Positions 1 through 12,650 of a DNA stretch of 64,000 bases are shown here, in pieces; position 1 is the first letter of the stretch; the number at the start of each line of letters is the position of its first letter. The DNA comes from Lingula anatina (lineage: Eukaryota > Animalia > Brachiopoda). The notes beneath the pieces were generated by a model. The model was given only the letters and a program-made list of their open reading frames with translations. It had not been told where the DNA came from and searched no databases. Made by a program: the position numbers and the translations under genes. Where the stretch lies: contig CM120645.1 in NCBI GenBank assembly GCA_051362555.1, forward strand, positions 19,282,001-19,346,000, given 5' to 3'.

Positions 1-70
1 CTTCAAAATTTACATACAGGGTTTATTTGTATTTTTTTTCTGAAATGCTCTATTTTCATTGTTATAACAG

Positions 71-159
71 AGGCTGGAGCTACCAAGTGTCTGCCCCGTC
101 CTGCATGTAAGGAAAGTGATTACTTTGAATACTTCTTGACATGTGATAAAAATGGACAG
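71..159 (+). CDS. ELAPOR: ELAPOR exon (AGATKCLPRPACKESDYFEYFLTCDKNGQ)
   Basis: aacag acceptor, CAG|gtgaga donor. Confidence 0.88.
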
Positions 160-3100
160 GTGAGACAGGTGTTAATCTGGGTGCAGATTGGTCACTGAAA
201 GGCCACTGTGTTTTGTTATTGTCATAGTTACAAGTTAAGATAAACAAATACTTCAGGTTATTTTTTGCAAATTATTCTTTTTATGAGATGTGTGAAGTAT
301 TTTGCCTTTTAATTTTTTTCATTTTATTGTTATTTTTCAATCAATTCTCAGAACACTACAGTTAATTTTTGTTGATAAGACATGATAAAATCCTCTGTAA
401 GTTTAACTCAAGGTTTCATTTGATGCCAGGATTAACACATTTTCCTGACTGAAACTCTTTCAGACTCAGAAATTGTACAAATGGATTGAGCCTCAGATCT
501 GCCGAACTGACGTCCCAGGAGCCATACAACTACCACCATCTGGTGAGAAGAAGCCTTGTCCACCATGTAACCCTGGCATGCAGCGTGTGGATAACTCCCC
601 AAACTGTACCTTCTGTCCTGCCAATACAGTCTCTGACGGCAGCAAGCCATGTGCTCCGTGCCCTGTGTCAACTGCAGCCAAGTACGAGATTAATTATCAC
701 TGGTGGAACGATCTGCCACAGAATATGACCACCAGTTGCGCTCGGGATGATGGTACGATGCAAGTGTTTGTTGAGTGCACGTGCGTGCCTGTCTGAGTAG
801 GGGTGTTTGATTTTGTGAACGTGTCTTTTCCAGACATTTGCCTGTATATGTATTTGAATATCTATGTTTATAACAAATTCTGATTCTGCTTTACTTCTCC
901 AAAGAAAATCTGATGCAGTCAGACAATATGGCATGGCTAGGACATCATGATAGCTTTCTCTGTGGGATTTTAAAATTGAAAATGATTTGAGACATTTCTA
1001 CATGTAAATCTTCAACTATTGTGACTTTTTCTACATTATTGAACATCATCGTTATTATATCTGAAGATTAATCAGCAGAATTGAGGTAAAAGAATAACAC
1101 TTGAAATATTTCAGACGAATTTTGCCTTCAGCGTATGGGCTGGCAACCACTGGGGGATCACCTTAGCAGTGGCAAGGGGCACCAGCCTGAAGACTACCTG
1201 GTTGTCATGTTGAGGCTGGGAGGGGTGCAGGGGGAAGCACAGATGATTGGAGGGAAAGCAAAGACACTCTCCACTGTCAGTTTTGTATTTGACCTAAATT
1301 GTGACCAGGAGAAAAAGGCATCGCATCCCTGTATCTTTTATTTTACTACAGTAAGTGATTTTGATTGTTATTTAGATTGTAGTTAAGTTTTTTCATAAAA
1401 GGTCATGTTTTTATTGTCATGTATAGCCTTCTCCTTATGTCCCTGTATTTTATACCTGTAACTGTATTTTTATGTACAGACACAGATGTGTCTGTACATA
1501 TAGCCATCATCTGCGTCTGTCGTCGCCGTCGTCGCCGCCGTGCACTTTTACCGATAACACGATAAGTGGAAAACCGTTTTTGCTTTTGGCTTGAAACTTA
1601 CAGAACTGATGAATATTCATAATATGCAGGTCAAGTTCGAAAATCAGCATGATCGGGTCATTTTTAGGGAAGTTACGCTGTTTTTTCCCTTTTTTCAGCA
1701 TATATGCAACACCGATAACACGATAAGTGGAAAACCGTTTTACCTTTTGGCTTGAAACTTATGGAACTGATGAATATTCATAATACGCAGGTCAAGTTCG
1801 AAAATCAGCATGATCGGGTCACTTTTAGGGAATTTATGCTGTTTTTTCACTTTTTTCAGCATATATGCATCACCGATAACACGATAAGTGGAAAACCATT
1901 TTACCTTTTGACTTGAAACTTACAGAACTGATGAATATTCATAATACGCAGGTCAAGTTCAAAAATCAGCATGATTGGGCCATTTTTAGGGAATTTATGC
2001 TATTTTTTCACTATTTTCAATATAAATACAACACTGATAACACAATATAAGAAAAACGGATTGGCCAATTGTAATCATACTCACAGGAGTGTTCAATCTT
2101 ACTAAAACGCAGGTTGAGTTCGAAAATCAGCATAATCAGGCCATTATTTTAGAAGTTATACTGTTTTTCACATTTCCTCAGATTCAATTATTAGGCATGT
2201 TAACAGTCTCATTATTTAACTAATAAGATGCCTAAAAGTGTTTGTTTGATATTTCCTGCATCTTTACAACATTGTTAGTTGATTTTGTAAAAATGATGGT
2301 AAACTTGTTATCATGTATTGTGTAATAAAGTGTCAAAAATGGAAATAAACTCATATCATTGCAGTTTGTCAGATGCATTCATCCACTATGTTCAGAATCT
2401 CAGAATGGAGGAAGTTAGACATTTAACATTGTTCTATTGACACTTTTCCCATCTCATCAATTTTCTTCATTGGTCATATAAAAATGGCAGTAAACTGTTT
2501 ATTTTGTTTTATGTTAAAAAGTGTTAAAAATGGAAATAAACCCATTTCAGAACAGTGCTGTCTTGTTTACATTTTGGCATTTTCAATATGTGACTTTGAA
2601 GTTCCATGGGCCTGAAGACTTTTGCTAGTCACATTTTCTGAATAACCATGATACTAATATTTCATCATTAAAAATTGATGGTCATTATGCTGTAAAACAT
2701 TATGTAATATTGCATCAAAATTTGAAGAAACCCCTATTTTGGGCACTGCTCCCATGATGACCATTTAAGGAAAATCATGTCACTTACTGTTCTCAAACTT
2801 ACAGGAAAGAAACATGGGACTAAAATACAGCTTTAGTAGGCAATACAATCTGTTTGGTAAATTTTTCTGGTAGTTAAACAGTTTTTTGTGAAAATTTAAT
2901 TTTTCACATATTGGCATTTTCAATGTGTGACTTTGAAGTTCCATGATCCTGAAGACCTTTGCTTGTCACATTTCCTGAATATCCGTGATACTAATATTTT
3001 ATAATTTAAAATTGATGGTCATTATGCTGTTAAACATTATGTAATGTTGCATCAAAATTTGAAGAAACCCCTATTTTGGGCACTACTCCCATGATGACCA

Positions 3101-4315
3101 TTTAAGAAAAATCATGTCAATTGCTGTTCTCAAACTTACAGGAAAGAAACATGGGTCTAAAATACAGCTTTAGTAGGCAATGCAGTGTGTTTGGTAAATT
3201 TTTCTGGCAATTAAACAGTTTTTTGTGAAAATTTAATTTTTCACATATTGGCATTTCCAAGGTGTGACTTAGAACCTCCACGGGCTTGAAGGCCCAAGCT
3301 AGTCACATTTTCTGAAAATCCATGACACTTATATTTTATTATTAAAAATTGATGGTCATTATGCTGTTAAGCATTATGTAATGTTGCATCAAAATAGAAG
3401 AAAACACAATTTTTGGTGCTGCTGCCTTGATGACCATTATGGGAAAACCGTGTTACTTATGACTGTCAAACTTTAAAAAAAGAAACACAGGACTAAAATG
3501 CAGCCTGAGTTAGAAAAGCAGTCTAATTGGCTTCTTTTTCTGGAAGTTATACATTTTAGTGTAATATTCATTTCTTTTTAGCATATTCATTGTGGGACTC
3601 GGAGCTCCCATGGACATGAAGCCAAATGGTAATCATATTTTCTACATGTCCATCCTATTTATAGTCAATAAACAAAAATTGGTGATAATTATTCTCTAAT
3701 TTATTATGTAATGTTACATCAAAATTGACAACAACTGCTACTGCAAACATTATGAAAAGAAAACTGTCCTCATTATTATAATTTAAACTTACAAGTACGA
3801 TTTTTAGGATTGGCCTTCAGCTCATATGAGAAAACCAGCTCTATTGGATTATCATTTTTATTGTATTTATGCATTTCTTGTGAAATTTTCATTTTTCTCA
3901 TTCTGGCACTTTCTAAGTATAAACTTGAACTCTGATGGGCCTGAAGCCTTATGCTTTTACTTTCGTCTGTGTTACCTGTTAGTTGATGTTGACTGTGCAG
4001 TTAAACATAATGTATTATTGCATCAGGATTGGTAGTCTCCTATTTTGGGCATTATGGTTTTGTGCTTTTCTTAAGGTGTGACTTATGGGCCTGAAGACCT
4101 TTGAGTGGGTCAGTCTGTAAATTACCCTTGGGTATCACTAGATTAATTTCAGAGTTATAAAGTCATTTGCCTTAATAGGCCATTAAATGAGATTACGTAA
4201 AGCACACTTGTTGATATTTCCCTGTAAACTCCCAAAGGTAAAGCTCTCTGCTAGATTAATAATAAGGAAGCAGTGATAATTATGCAGGTAAATTTTGTTT
4301 AATATTGCAAATATG

Positions 4316-4387
<72 letters not shown>

Positions 4388-7300
4388 AACTGGAAGATTA
4401 AAAGTTTGAATAGCATCTTCATTGGAATAATATTTACCTCAAGCTCTGCCAAGGAGGTTATATTTTCACCCCTGTTTGTCTGTCATCCACATAACACAAA
4501 CAGTTATGGACCGATTTTGCAGGAATTTTCAGGAACTGTCGGAAGTTGGCCAAAGAGGACAATGATTAATTTTTGGTGGTGGTCCGGATCAATAATCAAA
4601 CAATTATCAATAATAATCAACAATTGCTGCCTTCGCAGGGGTCTGCACTCTCAAAGTGCTTTTCTAGTTTTGTTGTTTTCCTTTATAATTTTTTCTCAAA
4701 CACTTGCATTTGTGACTTTTAACTCTCATCTGCCTGGGGCTCTGCACATTTTCTGTATTTCTACATAAGCAGTTGTGTTGTTTTTTATGTCTTTAAACAT
4801 TATGTAATATTATTTTATGCACTGTCATCATTTTTCAAATATTGAGACTTTCATAATGTGAATTTGAACTAGCTCTCATGGTCCTGAAACTGTAATCTTA
4901 TTGAAGGGGTGGATTGAGACCATCTTCTGGGTCTTCCGGAAGACAGTCAGGTTATTAAGTTTATATTGACTGGTACAGTATCTATTTTTTTCTGTTGGAA
5001 GACCATCAAAATGGAGGATGGATCAACATAGATACTTTGTAATACTGTCAGAAAATATCTCTGGGTCCGCTCCTGTTATTGACCATGTTACCTGTTGTGC
5101 AAGATTAAAATTCAGTGTTGACTGACAGTGCTATTATAAGCATTATTTATTATTGCATCAAAATTGACAAAATGACCTTTTTTGCATCTTTATTTTCTGT
5201 TTTTTGTCTGTACATTTGACAGCTTTGCTGCCTTGTATACATGTAACTTTGCGACCCAGAAAGAGTAATAGAAATTTGGTTATTTATTTATTTATTCATA
5301 TTAGAAAAAATATTTATTTATAATCTGTTGGTATTATTTCACGTTCTTCATTGCAGTGTCAGCTTATTTTAATTTTCAAATTTGTCAGCCAAGTGTTGAT
5401 TATTGAAATTGGCAAATTATTTTTCAGGAATCCGAGAGCATAGGCATGAATGTGGTCAAATTTTGGAGTGGGCACCAAGAAAAGCAAGAATTTAGGTAGG
5501 CACAGTAATAATTGATGCTTTTCTCATTTCTCTGTTTCCAATTTTTTTATTGTTGTAGATACAATTCATAATCATGACTTGTGCCTCTGGTATATTTAGA
5601 AGGTCAGTTATACACAGATTGTTCATGTCTGCGTAATAAACATGCACGTAACTATGGGTTGTTAAAATTGGAAGGTTGCAATTTAATTGTAAAAAAAAAA
5701 ATTTTAAATGTTTTTGATTTCAAAGATTGGATGTCTGTAGTAGTATAAAACAGATTTGAATGAGTAGTAGAGCATTTGCTTTTGTTATAGTTTACTTTTA
5801 CAGTTGTGAAATTTGATGTACGGGAGAGGTCTATGTATGTAGTTAAAAGTGTGCTATTTTTACACATATCCCACTAGTTCATGTTATTTTGTCTTTTGAA
5901 AGTTTTCCAATCACACAGAATGAGGAAATGGTGTTCTCTTGGGCTTTCCAAGGTGCCACAGTGAATGAAGAGGCAAGAATCTATTCCATCAAGATCACCA
6001 ACACCATAGAAGGCGGGGCTTCTGTCTGCGAGGATTGCCCAATGGGAACACAGAAAGATGGGTAAGTTGTCAGTCACTTTATGGGGTGGGGCAACTGCAA
6101 CATTTGAGTGGTGGTGTTCAAGGGGGAGGATGAAAGATTTATAAAGGGTCAGTCATTCTGTAGGGTGGGGGCAAATGTATCTGTGTGAGCATTTGATAAA
6201 AAGTTTAAAGAAAGCTTTCTGTAGGGATGATTTCATTAGTTAGTAGGCATCACATGTAGTAGTCTGTGTTTGCAGTCCTGAGGTCTAACTTACAGATGAA
6301 CTTAAGAATGAAAGTGAGTCTGAACTTTTTGACCAATACAAAATTCTTGTCAATTTTGACCAAAGATAAATCAGTATTAGTAGTCCAGTTGTATGAAAGA
6401 TTCTATATGTTTTACTACAAGAAGGACAAAGACACTGCTTCAGATCAATTACTCCATTCCAGTGGACCTGGGCATATTTATCTTGAATGAAAGTAGACCA
6501 AAATTTAAGTTTTGAGAGCAACACCCAAATCTCAGTCAAAAATTATTTTCTTTGTGTACTAATTGTCATTTCTTCTATCCACAGCTGTGTTCCATGTCCT
6601 GAGGGTCACTACATTGACCGCAACTCGTCCACTTGTGTCCAATGTCCAGAAAACACCATTATCACCAGTAACAGAGCCTACGGCATAGAGTCTTGCATCT
6701 CGTGTGGTAAGGGGCTGGTGTCGAAGGACCGCAAGACTTGCTCCAGTGATTGCCACTTCAAAGACAAGGCTGGACATGAATATGATTTTACTAGTCTCAG
6801 AGGGTAGGCAAATGTGAAGTAGCACGACCAATTCATAATAATGATCCTTGTTTGGTGAAGTAAACATTTTGTGATAAACGTCAACACTGATCAAACCTAA
6901 TTTTGAAAAATAGATTAAATAGGAATGTAAATAGAATTTATGTTCAAATCTCATGTCTTTTACTTATGGGGGGGTAATTTTGGGAAAAAATATCAATGCC
7001 CTATTAATGAGCTGCAAAAGCGGAAACCTTTATAGTTAAAATATCTGTGCAAGTCTGATTTAAAAGTAAGCTTTTGTATTCATACCATCTAGTTGCAATG
7101 TGAAAATCTGTACCCTATTAATATGTTATTCTGTTTGTATTGAATGCCCTTTGATTCATACCCAAGGCCATCCCTACATTTTATTATAATGGCTATGTGA
7201 TAACATTTGCCAGTACCAGCTGGTTTCTAAGTTTGTATATCTCACTGTGTTCAGGTTCCACACTACAGCGGGCAGCACCCTGTTCACGTCCAGTGGCACC

Positions 7301-7413
7301 CAGTACTACCACCACTTTAACTTCACTATCTGTGGTACCACTGTGGAGGAGACCACTGTGCAGTGTCCTAATAATGTCTCCACTGTCAGGGTAGGTCTGT
7401 CTGTCTGTCTGTC

Positions 7414-7466
<53 letters not shown>

Positions 7467-8312
7467 ATGTGTGTGTGCGCGCATGGGCATAAGTGGGAGT
7501 AATACATGTGGCAGATAGTATGGCCTGTCTAAAAGTGTATGTCTATGTTTGTGTTTGTGAAAGAGGCACAGGCATATACAGATTCAGGTCATGAAGACAA
7601 CTGAAGACATGAAGACAAATCAATATAATTGTACTTAAAAAAACTTTTTAGTAGTAACTTTTTCTCATTTACAAAATAAACCAGTATTAATAAAAAAATC
7701 CCAGGTGCTTTATATGATAACATAACTGTGCACTTGCAGGCCTTATTGGAGCAAGATTATGCCTCAACTCACTTGGATAATGCTACTAACAATGCCACTA
7801 CCACTACCACACCTTCACCTGATACTATAATGAAAAGAAGGGCTGCATTTGAATTTGACCAAGGAGTATGTTTATAGTAATGGTGTTGGGTCTTGGGGGT
7901 CTGGTGGACTTGATGTCAGGGATAGAGGGTTTTAACATATTAAGGTCTTTTGGTTTGGTGGAGTTGATCTGAGGCATCAAGTTGATGATTTGGTTTTAAA
8001 ATTTGGTGCCCTGAATATAATATAATAGCAATCCTAGTCATTTTTAACTCTTCCAGCCTATTTTTTATTTTCTCTTTTTCTGTTGCATCTGGTTTTCCTG
8101 TTTTATCCATCCTTTCCTCTTTTATTTTGAATGCATGTTTGTTTGTAGGGAGAGCAACTGTTGGGGCTGGTGAAAAAAGATATGACTTTCATTTTGAAGG
8201 TAGTCAGATAACCAGTAGTTAGATAGGAGCATTACCAGAATGCTTTTGTAGGATTTTCATTGTACTGCTTGTTGAGATGGTCTTTATGGTAATTACTCTT
8301 AAGATTTTAAAC

Positions 8313-8346
<34 letters not shown>

Positions 8347-9200
8347 AACATTCACCTTAACAGTTACATTTAGTTTTTCCCCAAAGCATATTTAACTTCT
8401 TTGTGTTCACATATTATGTAAAAGTCTTTTGAAAATTCATTATGGCTCAAATTAAGGGAGTAATTACCATAGCTAGCGGAGGGAAATGAATACATCTGCT
8501 TTTGCTCTGAAAAATATTAACTAGTAGCATCCATGGAAATTCATTTCTTTGTACATAGCTGTTTTTGCTGGCTAGATTTGTGGCTAAATTAGTGCTATTT
8601 TGAGATAAATAGGGCAAAACATTAGCAAGAAGCTTTTTTTACATCTGACAACATATGATTGCAGTTGCTTAAATTCAATAATCATGGCTATATTTTGATT
8701 GATGTCATCATAAAATTATTTGTAGGATGCCAGTGAATGCAGTGCCTTTACTAGGGGCCCTGATTTGGCCAATGTTTGCTTCATAAAACTTACCTGCTTT
8801 CTCTAAGCAGATAATTATATAGAGGTTTATTGTTACATTGAAGAAATGTATATTTTTCTGGGGGTATAAAATTGACTTGATTCATGTAGAATCATGTAGT
8901 TTTTTTTTAGCTCTCTCTATATTTATTGTCTATGGAAAAAATATTGTTTTGTAGAGAGACAAAACCCACACCACTGTTACATCACTCATAATGGAAAATT
9001 ACTAGACTAGCCCAGACACTTTTCTGTTTTTCATAGAAGCTGCACAGATTACTATAATTTGATATAATTACTCATTATGTCAGGATAAGAAGACCCCCCC
9101 AGTGAACTCTCTGGTATGTCGAAACACCATCATTCCTCCTACCCAGGGTGAGGGCTATCTTGTTGCAGCTCAGCCAGTCAGGTGAGAAAATGAGGTCATT

Positions 9201-9247
<47 letters not shown>

Positions 9248-12200
9248 TTGTAACTTTGAGGGCATAATGCACGTCATGAAAATCTGGCGGGGGGGATTTT
9301 ACTGGTAAAGGGGTGTTTGAAATTTGTTATGTTATTCCATCACTAATGCCTTGTGTTTGCCATTGTAGCCTGGGTGACAGCTTGCTCTATCTTACATCAA
9401 ATGACACTGACCTCAGCAAGCAGACTAAGAAGAATTTTGATGGTGAAGGTACGTAATACCTGTACAAGAAAGTCTTAATCATAAGTTTCAGTAAGTGAAT
9501 AATGATAATCTTAGAAGAGTGAATGACCTCAGTCATCAAGGACTAGCAGTAGATAAGGAATATAAATTAATCAAATGCTGGAACTCACTTTGTAATTGAC
9601 AATGATACAAAGTTACTTGTCGAAGATTTAAGATTAAGATTGTAGTGTTAAATTGTCAACCTCCAGTAATCGAATCACTTATATTCCTCTATGATAATCT
9701 TGTCACTTAAAGGATTTATTTTTTTAAATGACAAAAAATATTAATAAAAGGATTAAATATTAGTCAAATTATTTCCTGTCTCAGAATGTTTGAAATACTT
9801 TATTTTTATCACAATAAATAAAAAAATCTACATTCTACATATTTCAGATTTGGGACTACTGGTGCACTATGTCCACAGAAGTGAAATGTAAGTGGGGCAT
9901 ATATATGCTGAACTATTAAACTTGTATACCAGTGCATTAAGATGAATGTCTTGGGATAAATGACTTAACTTTGTCCTTGCAGCCAGATAGAGAACAATAG
10001 TGGCTAATATATCAAAAACATTTTAATTTCGTCCATCAAGAAAAGCAAGACTACTCCAGCTGGATTTACTTTTCTTCTTTACAAGATATTTTGTGTTTAT
10101 TCTTTTAAAAATTTTATTTCACCAGTTTTCCTGCTAACTGGATTTACTTTTCCCCCTATTATCTTACTTATTTATTTTTTTTATTTATTCCTCATAGTGG
10201 CACCAATGCCTGCCCATCTGGCCGTACCACTGTGATCACCCTGAACTGTGACGTGACGCAGAAGGGACAGGGCAAGATCCAAGTCCCACCCAAGTGCTCA
10301 GACGGAACCTGTGACGGCTGTAATTACCACTTCTTGTGGAGCACCGAGCACGCCTGTCCCATCTGTAAGGAGCTGGACTATGAGAAAGTGATTGGTCAGT
10401 GTGTAAATGGTGTCCAGGAAGTCCATTATTACCCACCTAAGTAAGTCTTGTCAGGTAGAAACCATAAAGTTGTCCACTTTGTTTTTGTAATGATAGTGTG
10501 TGGTGTGTTTGTGAAAAAGAGCGATAATGTCGTGTTGACTTTTTTGTTAAATAAAAATAGCTTTTTTTTTACTGTTGCTAATTATATATTTGTTTTTTAA
10601 AAAGAGTGTGTGCACAGTGGTATATGTGTATGCGACTAAGAGAGATTATTTTGTTGTTTTTCTTGAATGAAAAAAAAAATTATATTACCAAAGCTTATTT
10701 TTTAGTTCCTTTCAATGATCCTGATAGTCTTGATTAATGTGGTGACTGTCTTAAATTGAAGAAAAATGTTAGCCTGATGAAATTACAGTATTATTCTATG
10801 TGCCCTTTCCAGACACTGCATTTTGACCAGTAATTCCCAGCCTGTTATTGAGAAGAGGCATTGCAGACTGATTCCTTTTTGGGCAAGTGTTCTGACTGTA
10901 ATCAGGTCAATTACCTGCATGGCTAAACTCTTATAAGTTAACATCCATTTTTACCACAGCCTCCACAGCCAGCAGTGTTTAGGTTGTAGATGTAACCTTC
11001 TAACGTTTTGCAAACCGAAGTCCTTACCAACATATGCTTTTAAAGTAGTAGTGTATTTTTATATATAGAAACTGTAACAGTTGTTGTTTTGAATCACTAC
11101 AAAAATATTTTATTTTGTTTTCTATTTCTTTGAAATTTTTAGGCCATGGCAGGCATTGGAGGAATAGTATTCCTTGCTGCTCTTTTATGCGGACTAGTCA
11201 TCTTCTGCTGGTCTAAAAACAAGTCGTAAGTAGAAAAAAATGTGTAAATATTAGTACAGTAAGTGTGATTGTGGTGTTAACAATAGTTTTATTCTGAGTT
11301 GTTGGGAAGACAGAAAGATTATCATATATTCCTATAAAGATCAATTCAAACTGATTCAGAATTCTTTCTTATGTGATTTTGCACCTTTGACAATTACCTA
11401 TGTAACTGTTTTCACAAAAAAAGTGATTCCTTTCTTGTGACAATCATTCATAAGAAAATGGTTGAAATTGTAAATTAGAATGCTAATTTAATGACTCTTT
11501 TTTCCCCCCTAAAAGTTTGGAGTACAAGTACATGAAGTTAGTGGAGGGCAGTGGACAAGACGGAGAGCTTCCCGCAGCAGAGACTTGCGCGTTGGATGAA
11601 GGGGAAGATGAGGTTATGGACAGCGTTAAATTTTCAGGGAAAGGTTTCTTCAAGAAACTGAAGTCCATGGCTGGAAAGGTGAGACAATGAGGCCAATGTG
11701 TTTGTGTGTCTTTATATATGCCTTTGTATTTGAGAGAGAGAGAGACATTTTGTGTGTCTTATGCCTGCACATGTCTCTCTGTCAATTTTTAGTCAATAAT
11801 TTAAATTTTGTTATAATCTGTGAAGGAGAAAGGTGAAAGACCAAAGTCTCCTGACTATTAATTTAACCAGTAGATGTCATAATGGCAATACTTTATATTT
11901 GTAATTGTCTTTTATATAGAGCTTACATTCCAGAGATACCAAGTAATAAAATCCTCAAAAGTAGAAATAGCAAGGGAAATTCAAAACTAAAATAGCAATG
12001 TTTAAAAAAGCATTTTACTCCTAGAACATTTTGATAGAACTTAATTGATTGTTGCTTTTAAAAAAATTTAAAAATCTTAACTAAAGACAGAATAAACAAA
12101 TTTACAATTCAAAAATATTTGTTCTTCTGACAAATGACAATATTTGCCCCTATTATTCTTGAGAAAAATAGTTTTCATGTTTCACTAGAAATGTCCAATA

Positions 12201-12617
12201 TTTTCTTTCACTTTTTTTTCTTGTGAATTGCTCACAAAAGGATGCAAATAAAGACAAAAGAGGCTATTTTGATGTAAGTAGGCAGTTAGTTGTTGGATGA
12301 ATTTTATATTAATTTGTTTTTAACTTAGTTGATATTTTTTATCTGCTGTATGACTTCTTATTTATTTGGTCGATTTAATTTCTAACTTTAACCAGATCAT
12401 GATTTATCCAATTTTCACCTAGGCACATAACCTCAAATTAGTTTTAAGATTTTATTTTAATTGTTTTCTTTCTTATTCATATCTCTTTCAACTATACTGG
12501 TGGTCTGGTCTTTTTTAAACTTAAGAATTATGTCATTGAAGAGATTGATGGTAGACCCTTACTACTCAAGACATTGCAACCAAGTTAACTATCAGTAACA
12601 TAATATTAGTTTTAAAA

Positions 12618-12650
<33 letters not shown>

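Larger units (their letters stand above)
1468..5236 (+). mobile_element. Non-autonomous Helentron-type (HINE/DINE-like) element with internal satellite arrays, in an ELAPOR intron
   Basis: 5' hairpin TGTACAGACAC-agat-GTGTCTGTACA (1473-1498), then a (GTC/GCC)n microsatellite and tandem arrays; 3' subterminal repeat TGTCTGTACA (5205-5214), short stem-loop CAGC-TTT-GCTG and terminal CTTGT. Confidence 0.7.

Noticed and set aside
4183-4768. ORFs with IYIYIY runs
   Set aside because: Artefacts of the (TA)n microsatellite and nested HINE
7193-7507. HTHTHT / CVCVCV ORFs (also 19498-19793)
   Set aside because: Translations of GT/CA microsatellites
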